DNA from: Proteromonas lacertae
Taxonomy: Eukaryota
Assembly (NCBI GenBank): GCA_002245135.1
Contig: NGBS01000888.1
Coordinates: forward strand, 1-64,000
Reading direction: 5' to 3'
Length of the DNA: 64,000 nt
Position 1 is the first letter of the stretch, and the number at the start of each line of letters is the position of its first letter. This document shows positions 40,901 through 54,379 of this stretch, in pieces. The notes beneath the pieces are model-generated. The model had not been told where the DNA came from. It worked only from the letters and a program-made list of their open reading frames with translations, and did no database searches. The position numbers and the translations under genes are program-made.

Positions 40901-41171
40901 AATGACTGAAAATGGATTGAGAATGTTAATGGAAAGATTAGAGGATTATGAAGCATTATGGAGTATAAACCTAGAAGGAAATGAATTAAATGAAAGTGAA
41001 TTGAGATTAATGAAAGAACACTTAGAAATATTCAAATATGTAGAAGATTTATCAATCACCTTAAAAGAAAATATTGATAAATCTGAAGTAAAATCATTTT
41101 TAGAAACATTCTACTCTGTTGAAAGAATCAAATTGAATGGAATGAAGGAAGAATTATTTGATATTGAATGA
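37904..41171 (+). CDS. Pseudokinase + RI-like leucine-rich-repeat protein, copy A
   Basis: ATG 37904, intron 37967-37993. Kinase fold with a degenerate catalytic loop (VCNLKSSNV) and DFG replaced by DLC, retaining SPEE and VWSIGC. Followed by L.L..N.IG..G repeats split by phase-1 introns. Confidence 0.8.
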
Positions 41172-41502
41172 ATAACATTATGATGAATATGTGTTTGTTT
41201 TCTACCTAGAATCCATATTTATGCTTTAAAACACAATCTAATTATACCACTGTCTGAAATGCTTTTATATGGGTAAAAAATACAATCATTCTGCATAAAA
41301 TCAACAATATAAAGTTTAAATAACTATATTACAATGAATAAATTCAAAAAAATGAATATAAGTTTGATTATATGTTTGAGAAAATATTTTGAGAATATTT
41401 AAAAAATTTTAATGTATAGAAAAATCCTATTTAAAAATACCGTTATTCTATACCCCCTTCCAACATCATTCTATAGGGTTTATTGCAGTTTTCTCTTCAT
41501 AA

Positions 41503-42943
41503 AGTATGTATTATGATATTATAATTTATAGTGAGAATCTTAGATATAGTAAAGCCTGCATTGGTAGTTTTACCAGGAGTAGAAGAGCCAACAAGAAAAG
41601 TTCCTTTTAGAGAACGTGTATTATGGACCGTTGTTGGATTGTTTGTATTCTTAGTGTGCTGCCAATTACCTTTATATGGTATAAAGAGCAGCAATAGCTC
41701 AGATCCTTTCTATTGGATTAGAGTTATTCTTGCATCCAATAGAGGCACAGTTATGGAATTGGGTATTTCTCCAATTGTTACATCATCAATGATTATGCAA
41801 TTATTAGCAGGAGCTAAGATTATTGTCGTAGATCAAAGAAACAAAGATGATATGACATTATTCCAGGGTGCACAAAAATTATTAGGTATTGTAATGACTC
41901 TTGGTGAATCAATTGCCTACGTATGCTCAGGTATGTATGGAGATTTAGGTTCTCTTGGTGCTGGTAATGCTGTATTATTAATTTTACAATTATTAGTAGC
42001 AGGAATCATCATTATTTTACTTGATGAGTTATTAGAAAAAGGATACGGTTTAGGTAGTGGTATATCGTTGTTCATTGCAACAAATATCTGTGAGACAATC
42101 ATGTGGAAAGCATTATCACCAACCACCATCAACACAGGAAGAGGAACTGAATTTGAAGGTGCAATAATTGCATTATTCTACACATTATTAACTAAATCCG
42201 ACAAAGTCAGAGCTTTAAGAGAAGCATTCTACAGACCAAACTTACCCAATTTAATGAACTTATCTGCCACAGTATTGATCTTCTTAGTTGTAATCTATTT
42301 CCAAGGATTCAGAGTAGATGTTCCAATTAAGCATAGAAGATACAGAGGTCAAACTGGTACATACCCTGTGAAGTTATTCTACACCAGTAACATGCCAATT
42401 ATCTTAGTTACTGCATTAGTCAGTCAATTATACTTTGTCAGTCAATTATTATCAGGAAAATGGCCAAATAATTTGATTGTCCGTTTAATTGGTGTATGGA
42501 AAGATGTAAATGGTGGAAATGCCAGACCTGTTAGTGGATTAGCTTACTATGTAACACCACCAGTCTCAATGGGAGAAATCTTAGCAGATCCAATCCACGT
42601 TTTATTATACATAGTGTTTATGTTAGCCTCTTGTGCTATATTAAGTAGATTATGGATTGAAGTAAGTGGATCAAGTGCAAAAGATGAAGCTAAGAAATTA
42701 TTAGATCAAGATATGGTGATTGAAGGACATAGAGAAACTAGTGTTATTAAGGTATTAAATAGATATATTCCAATTGCTGCTACTTTTGGTGGATTATGTA
42801 TTGGAGCATTGACAGTTGTAGCTGATATGATGGGTGCTATTGGTAGTGGAACTGGTATATTGTTGGCTGTAACAATTATCTATCAATACTTTGAGATATT
42901 TGCTAAAGAAAAGACTGAATCACTTGGTTTTCTTGGATTTTAA
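41503..42943 (+). CDS. SEC61A: Protein transport protein Sec61 subunit alpha
   Basis: Strong conserved motifs ([59 protein letters not shown]). The start codon appears to be A(41503)+TG(41532-41533) across intron 41504-41531. Confidence 0.96.
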
Positions 42944-43086
42944 TTAAATTAGAATTAAAAATCTAAAAATATTTCTTCCTTGCCATCTTTCAAATCCCAC
43001 AATTTTGTTGTTGTTTTATGGGTTATTTAACAATCACAAAAATAATATTTAAATACAATACAAATAAAGAAAATAGAAAAATATTA

Positions 43087-44151
43087 TTATTCAATTTTTC
43101 TACGTTTTAATTTCTGTATTCTTGAAGTATTTACTGTTTTGGATTTTGATTTCTCACTGATTTCTGATTGTACATTCTTCATAAATACAGGTAATTTCTT
43201 AATCTTTCTACCTTGATTTAATTCTGTTTCATTATCTTCCTCTTCATCATCATCATTATCATTTACTTCTAAATCTTTATCCAAACGTTGTCCCTCTTTC
43301 AAATTCATCATTTGCCTGTAATTGTCATTCTTTTTAAATATCAATTTCAGCCAACTATCTATTAATTTCCTTAAAAATTCTCTATTGGCTGATGTTTCAT
43401 CGTAATGACGATATAGTTGCAATATAGTTTTGCCTATGTCAGAATTTTCTAACTGAGTTATATTTAAGTTGTATTCTCTCAATATTTCATACATTGATGT
43501 TCTAACGTATATTATAATTAAAGAATAAACGAATAATAGAGTAAGGTAATAAAAAGATATATCAATATTTGGTAATGATCCATCATCATATGGTTGAATC
43601 CATGCATTTATTGCATCTACTAGATGTGCTTCTATTAAACTATGTAAATATATTATAAATGTAAACTATATTATACTCTGATCTCATGTATTGTCTCATT
43701 AACACATTTCTTATTATTGGCAAATTATGTAATTTGTTTAATGCTGGTAAACCTCTAGCATGACAATCTAAATCCGCATCACGAAGCTGCATCATCTTTG
43801 AGTATAATCTCTTTGCTACTTTAGCAAATTCTGCTGGTCCTGCTTTTTCATCACATGCAAATTCATCATCTTCATCATCATCACTATCATGATCACTGTA
43901 TTCTTGTTGATTTTTATATGTATTTGTTATATCCTGTAAGTCATCGTGTTCATCAATGAAATTACGATCTTCTTCAGTTACTTCTTCGTTTGTTTGTTGT
44001 AATAGTTGAGGTTGAGGTTGGGGAGTATCATCTTGCGGTTTTGATGGGTCATACTCATCTTCATCATCAAAAATATCTTCATTATCTAATAACAATTAAT
44101 TAAGACAATTATACCATCTCCATCATTAACTAGTAAGTCTTTTGTAGACAT
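43087..44151 (-). CDS. IWS1: IWS1/Spn1 transcription elongation factor (TFIIS N-terminal-like domain)
   Basis: Acidic N-terminus, GLPALNKLHNLP, AWIQPYDDGSLPNID-VRT and SDIGKTILQLYRH..ETSANREFLRKLIDSW. Two GT-AG introns and one AT-AC intron. Confidence 0.85.
43507..43560 (-). other. U12-type AT-AC intron, 54 nt, in IWS1
   Basis: Minus strand reads 5' ATATCTTTTT ... TTCTTTAAT (43517-43525) ... AC 3'. Removal restores GSLPNID|VRTSMY. Confidence 0.9.
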
Positions 44152-44201
44152 TTTTTAAAATGAATTTGATCAAGCTGTAAGTTTGAGAGAAAGAAATAAA
44201 A

Positions 44202-45622
44202 ATGGCAAATATTGAGTCAGAGGATGAATTAAAATCATTTTGCAAACCAGTTAAGCATTCCTTAGAGAGTTATATTGAAGATAAAGTAGTAGGATCAGGT
44301 ACATTTGGGTATATAATTGTTTTCATTTATTTTATGTGTAGAGAAGTTCGAAAGTATTATTTGAAAGAAGATAACAGTAAATTTGTTGCAATAAAGAAAT
44401 TAAAGTTAGATCATCTTGATAGTACAAAGAATGGAGTATAAAAATAAGGCAATTATTTTGGTTATATAGATACCCATGCTAGCATTTCGTGAAATTACTT
44501 TATTGAGTATTTTGAATAGAGTAGACCTTGATGAAAAAGATCCACATAAGAAACGAAAAGCAAGAAATATATCAAAGTTTAAAGGAATAATAACACATGA
44601 AAATGGTGATAAATCAATAATATCTCCAAGTCAATTGTTGTCATTATCATTAGTGTTTGATTTCTATCCAACAGATTTAGAGAAAGTGATACATAAATTA
44701 GAGAAACCAATATCTCCAGGAGTTGTTCGATTCTTTGCTAGAGAGATTTTAAAATCAATATGTGATATGCATAGTAGAAGAATTGTTCATAGAGATTTGA
44801 AACGTATATTATATATATATATATAAAAAATTATTCATTGATTTATAAATTAGCTGCTAATATATTAATCAGTAATAAATGGCTTCCTCAGCTAACAGAT
44901 TTTGGTTCAGCAATGAGATTGAAAGTATTTAAGAAATATATTATTTATTTGAATTTTATCATTTTTAGGATGATGGTACAGTTGAAGATGCTCAAAAAGT
45001 AGTAACACTATGGTATAGAGCACCAGAGTTATTATTTGGACAGACGAAATATGATGAGAAAATAGACATATGGAGTGTAGGATTAATACTTATAGAGTTT
45101 TATACTGGATATCCATTACTACGTGGTAAAGAGTTCATGAGTAAGTCGATGGAAACTAATAGTGGTTTAATGTCTCAATTAACGACTGTGATTAAACTAT
45201 TTGGCAGACATATCATTTTTATGTTTATAATTTATGTATTTTATACATAGTATTGTTCTTTAATTTCAATTTTCTATTGTAACGACCAATAAGGAATGGA
45301 ATGGAGTAGAAGATTATAAATCTTATAACGGAATAAGAGATTTGATGGTTGGAGACTTTGTAAAAGAAAGATTAGAGTATAAGTCAATATATATATTTAA
45401 CTCTTTATTAATAGGAAAATAATACCAAATGACAGTCAAGCAGTTGATTTAATCTCTCGCATGTTAATATATGATCCTCAAAAAAGAATAAGTGCAAAGG
45501 ATGCATTATTGCATGATTTTTTCTACAATAAAATAATAAACATAGAAAAGCCAAAAGAGTATTTTCACTCATTTTTCTGTATTTCTTGTAATAGATCGTT
45601 AGAATTTGTTATATCCAAGTAA
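44202..45622 (+). CDS. Cyclin-dependent kinase (transcriptional CDK9/CDK11-like), multi-exon
   Basis: [24 protein letters not shown] (PSTAIRE-equivalent helix), [30 protein letters not shown] and [18 protein letters not shown]. Confidence 0.88.
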
Positions 45623-45836
45623 TTTGTAATTAAAATAATATATTTTGGTATTTTTTTAGTGTATTATCTTAATCATTTTAAATTAGAAAAATCAGTATTT
45701 AAATTTCATTTTATTACTATTATTCTGCTGTTATTAATGTTTTTTTGATGAAACGTTAAAATGTATTCTGAACAAATAGGTTTGATCAGTTATTTTTTTA
45801 TTTTTTATTTTTTTGATATAAAATATATAATCTAGG

Positions 45837-47512
45837 ATGTCTCGTAAACGTGAAACTCCAACAGATGTAGTTAATAAAGCAAGAGAAGAAGTAAACTACT
45901 ATCCTAGTTCTTGGTATAGTTATTTTATTAAACAATGTAGTCACTCATCTCAACGTTCTAGTTATAACTCAGCAATGTCTGCAAAATCAGAAAAACCTAG
46001 AACTTCAAGAAATGGGTATAGTAATATAGATTTTATGTATTTAGGATAAAAGTAGTAGCAAGAGTTAGACCAATGATGGAAAATGAAGTTAAAAAGAAAT
46101 ATAAGCCATGTGTTACTGTTAGAGGTAATACAATCGAAGTATTATAAAATAGTTTTATATATTTTGCATATTAGTTAATGTCTTCTACTATAGGTGTACA
46201 GCAACCAACAATAAAACAATTTACATATGATAGATGTTTTGATCCAAACACTACACAGGAATTATTCTATAAAAACAGTGGAATAGAGCAATTAGTCAAT
46301 TTTAGTCTAAATGGAAGTAATTCAACAATATTTGCTTATGGACAAACAGGAAGTGGTAAAACATATACAATTACTGGTTCAGATGATGATATAATTGGTG
46401 GATATGTCCAACCACTAGAAATGGAAGGTGTTTTACAAAGATCTTTAAGATATTTATATGATCAAAGTGTAACAAGTAGTTTAAGAATAAGAGCTAGTTA
46501 TTGTGAAATATATAATGAAATGGTTTATGATTTATTAAACTTAGAAAATAAAAAATTACAATTAAGATATAACGAATTTCATGGTTTTTATGTAAACGGT
46601 TTAACTGTAATACAATGTGATTCTTTAGAGGAAATAATGGAAGTGGTAAGTGAAGGAAGAAGAAATCGTACAGTAGGAAGTCACGAATTAAATAAAGAAA
46701 GTAGCCGAAGTCACAGTTTACTCACTGTCTATTTAGAAAAAATGTTAGATGAAGAAGAAATACTAAGTCAAGGAAAACTAACCTTCATTGATCTTGCTGG
46801 TAGTGAAAGATTAAATGAAAGTAATAGTGAAGGAATAATGAAAAAAGAAACAGGTTCAATTAATAAAAGTTTATTTACATTAGGTAAAGTAATAACAGCA
46901 TTAAGTCAACCCAATAGTAATAACAATAGTCATATTCCTTATCGTGATTCAACACTGACGAAATTATTAATGGATTCAATAGGAGGATCTGCTTATACTG
47001 TAATGATAACTTGTATTAATCCATGTGATAAATATTATGATGAAAGTTTATCTACTTTGAATTATGGTAGTAGAGCTAGTCAGATCATTAACCATCCTAC
47101 TATTAAGATGATGGATAAAAGAGATGAGTTGATTTTGAAGTTAGAGAATGAGATTGAAAGATTGAAAAATGAATTAAATAATAGAATGAGTTATCCAATG
47201 AATATTATGGGATTAGGAGGTGGAATAGCAAATAGTTATAATAATAATAATAATAATAATAGTCCTTATAAACCTAATACACCAGATGTTAGAAGAAATG
47301 AAGAAATGATGAATGAGTTGATTAGATTAAGACAAGAGAATGATCAGTTGAGAAATGAATCTATTGCATTACACGATCGATGTGAACAATTGACAAATGA
47401 GAATAATGAGTTGTATTTTAGATTAGAAGAATTAGAGACGTTATTTGGAAATTCAATGCCAAATACTATGCCAACTAGTAATAATTATAGTTATATACAA
47501 TCATCTAAGTAA
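45837..47512 (+). CDS. N-terminal-motor kinesin, KIF12/kinesin-16-like, with C-terminal coiled coil
   Basis: VVARVRP, FAYGQTGSGKT, SSRSH, DLAGSE and HIPYRDSTLTKLL. Short introns in the 5' part. The subfamily call comes from remembered similarity only. Confidence 0.9.
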
Positions 47513-47685
47513 AAACAACCTAATTTTCTATAAAATTTTAACTTAATTTCATATATTTTTCGTCTTTTAACTCTTTATGTTGTTTATTTTATTTATTATG
47601 AATTAAAATTAAAAATAGAAAAACAATTATATAGGATTGGAGTGAAATAATCATCTTTTATTTTAAATTAGTCAAATCGTTTATT

Positions 47686-50582
<2,897 letters not shown>

Positions 50583-50687
50583 ATTAACCTTCTTGATTAT
50601 AATCTCATTTTTTATTTATTTGGGTTTTAAATAATTTAAAACAATACAAACAATAATTATCTAGATTATGACAGTTGATTATTTATA

Positions 50688-53613
50688 ATGTCTGATTATT
50701 TACTTAATGGCAAGTATATTCTAACCAAAAAGTTGTCAGAAAACTCTAAATGTATTGTATATAAAGGAGCAGAGAGAAATAAAGAAGCATTTTCAAATTA
50801 CACAATAACATGTTTGAAAATACCTAAAATACATTGGGAAATAGCGAAAGCTGAAGTATTTGTAGTGTAATATTATATTATAGTATGAAAAACATAAAGA
50901 TTTAGATCATCCAAACATATTGAAGTTTGTAGATTGTTTTGACTTTAAAGAACGATTTTATATAGTCCAAGAATATTATGAATTCACTTTTGATACCTAT
51001 ATTCAAAAAGAATTATTAAAAGAAGGATTAGCCAGTCAACAAGTAATATTTTTTATAATTTTATTTCTAGGATTACATTTATTATTTCATTCAAATTGCT
51101 TCTGCATTGAGTTATATCCATTCCAAGAATTTCATTCACATACACTTATGTCCATCAAATATTGGTGTAGTAATTCCACAAACAAACACACAATATAACA
51201 AAGAAAAAGTAAAACCAATTCTAAAACTCATATTTAACAACAATACACAGCCAGATCCATTTTTAACTTACTCAATTGTTTCTCCTCCCAATTTTCTATT
51301 AGATTTATATTCTCCAGTAGAACTTTACACAATACCAGGAGCAATAACACCATCTATAGATATATGGTCATTTGGAATAATGTCTTATTATTTTATAACT
51401 CATAGAATGCCATTCAAATCAAAAGAAGACATTTATAATTCATTAAATAACCCACCTTCTACTTATTTCTCTTCTATTAATTGTTATAGATATGATGTTA
51501 ATTATATATTGAAAGAATGTTTATCTCCTGATCCGTCATTAAGACCAACAAGTCAGAAATTATATGAAACATTAAAAAATATTGAATTAGCTATGAATAA
51601 ACAATGTATAATTATTAACATTTTTATTTCTTAATATTTATATAAATAGTGAAAGAATCAGAAGATAAGAAGAAGAAATTACTTGAAAAGTCAGGTTTTA
51701 TATCAACCAATAAGCAAATATCTGAAAATGAAGAAACAATCAAAGAGAAAAGATTAACTACAAATCTGGATGTTATGACAATTACACAAGCTCCACCAAG
51801 TATTTTTCATTATTATATATATATATATATATATATTATGATTAGTTCCAATACAATCCAGTGATAAACCAACAATATTAAATCACAAATTCATCCTAAA
51901 AGATGAAATAGAGAGAAATAGTCAATATGTAATGTGTAATGGAAGTTATTATGAAAATAGTAGAGAAAAGAAATGTCTTATTCTTTTAATGAATATTGTA
52001 AAACCTCAATATTCATTAGCTAAAGTTGAAGTATAAAAATAAAATATTATTATACTCTCAATAGTATGAAAAACTCAAGAATTTTACTCATCCATATCTA
52101 TTGCATATAATAGACTGTTTTGAAGATAATGGCAAGTTTTATATTGTTGAAGAATATTATAATCTCACATTTCAAGATATTATAGATAATGAGTTATATA
52201 TTGAAGGAGCTGCTCCATTGAAATACTATTTATATTATTTCATACAAATATCTGGAGCATTGAATTATTTACATGAAAGAAATTACATCCATGAAGAACT
52301 TAAACCAAAGAATATTGCTGTTATATATTCATCTGATTCTTCTGATTTACCAACGCTAAAGTTGATTAATGTATCATTGAAACAATGCAATAATAATAAC
52401 AGCAATCAAATTACTACATTATCTACAACTAATGTAAACTCTGCTACCTCAAATTTTGACTGTTTTTTGCCAATAGAATTATACTCATTTCCAACAGGAA
52501 TATCCAACAAAATTGATATTTGGCAATTTGGTGTTTTATCCTATTTATATATTACACATTCTTTACCTTTTAATTCAATTGATGAACTTTATAAATCAAT
52601 TAACAATAATCCTTGTGATTATATACCAAAAATTAATTCTTATAGGATGGATATAAACAATCTAATTGAGAATTGTATATCACCAATACCTGACAATAGA
52701 CCAAAAATAAATACAATTTATTATACACTGTCTAATATTAAAGTTGATCCATGTATACTACCTCTTTAATTATTATTATTTTAGATCGAAATGTAAAAGT
52801 TGATAATGTTAATAAGAACAATACTACAATAGAAATGAAAACATTATCTAATAGTATATTCATTTAATTTATAATCTTTTTAGTTTCTACAAAATCTTTG
52901 ATAAGTATGAGTAGACAATTAACAGATGAATTAAAGCATATAAATAAAAGTGATAATTCAAAAATATGTTTAGATTCTATCTCATTATCATCATTAAATG
53001 AAGATAAGTCAAATAATCCAATAAAGTTAGTCAAATCAATAAAATCTCCTCCAAAATGTATAATAGTTTGTAATTTTGTTCTTATATAGATTATACTTTT
53101 TCAGGAAAATTAAAATCTCCATGTATAAAACTAAACACAACAAATACAATTATTTCAATACATAAACATGAAGATCACCAATATGAACCAATCTTTTTAA
53201 CAACAACATTTAGAAGAGGATTAGCAGTAGTAAGATATGAAATATTAGAAGATTTGAATAACAGAGGATGTATTGTTTTTGGTGCTAGTTTAGATAATGA
53301 AACTGTGAAAGAAAATATACATAGAAATGAGAATAATACCTACTGTTATTATTGTAATGATGGTCACATTTCAGGATTTGATAAAAGTAAGAAATATAAG
53401 AATAATGTAAGAGCTAAATCAGGTAATATTATTGATTTTATAATGGATATGGATAAATTTGAAATTCGTTTAGCAATAGACAAAAAAGAGATTGGTGTGT
53501 TATTCGAAAATGTTTCAAGACCATTAACACCATTCGTTGAGCTTTTAGGTAATCCTATATATGGAGGAGGTAATCAAAGCGTTCAAATCAATTTAGTTAG
53601 TGATTATTATTAA
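50688..53613 (+). CDS. Tandem pseudokinase-pseudokinase-SPRY/B30.2-like protein, multi-exon
   Basis: Two kinase folds (HPNILKFVDCF..FYIVQEY..IDIWSFG and HPYLLHIIDCF..FYIVEEY..IDIWQFG), neither with HRD or DFG. C-terminal GNIIDFIMDMDKFEIRLAID..IGVLFENVSRPLTPFVEL is SPRY-like. Confidence 0.75.
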
Positions 53614-53618
53614 GTAAA

Positions 53619-54180
53619 TTATTTATTTTCTTCTTCTAAAATACCATCTATTTTTAAATTTTCTATTGCTGAAAATGTTTCTAAAAATGATTCCATTTCT
53701 GATTTATCTATATTTTCTTTCACCGTTATTGACATTTTTTTAATGTAATCAAATATTTCTTGATTTTCTTCCATTAGTCTTAAATCATTTTCATCCAATT
53801 CATTTCCTGAGAGATTTAAATTTCTTAGTGGATGATAATCTCTTAATCTTTCTATTAGCATTTTTAATCCTTTTTCGTTCATTCTAATATCTATTCATAT
53901 TATAAAATTATACAATATTCGTATTAATACTTGATAGATTTAATGATATTAGTCTATCATAATCATATTTTTCAACAAATTTATCTAAATATTTACATAT
54001 TATTTCTATTCCTTCATCTCCAATTAGATTAGTAAATATTAATATATATTCTACACTTTTTTGTAAAATATCTGTTAATTCTTTCAACCCTTTTGAAGTA
54101 ATTTTATTATTGGATAAATCAAGTCTTTCATACTTGATCTGTTTTATTAATGAAATGAACATGTTACTAATATTCTGTGC
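53619..54180 (-). pseudogene. 3'-terminal fragment of a pseudokinase-LRR family gene
   Basis: ORFs 53908-54162 and 53619-53882 match the last two LRR exons of copies A and B. No upstream exons were found before the inverted repeat at 54380. Confidence 0.65.
53659..54025. repeat. Direct repeat (~370 bp), partner 60409-60775
   Basis: Near-identical sequence at a constant offset of 6,750 bp. Confidence 0.9.
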
Positions 54181-54379
54181 TTAACAGATCATATTCTTCG
54201 GCTTTTCTCCTTTTCTTTTTAATATAGTAATTCAAATAATATTAATCATTGCTATTAATATTCCATCTAATTCTTGACTTTTCTATCATTATTACATTTC
54301 TATTTTCTACTATTCATATACATATTTTTTTAAAATTTAGCAATAATCACTATCACAGTTATACTGTTATGCTTCATAC

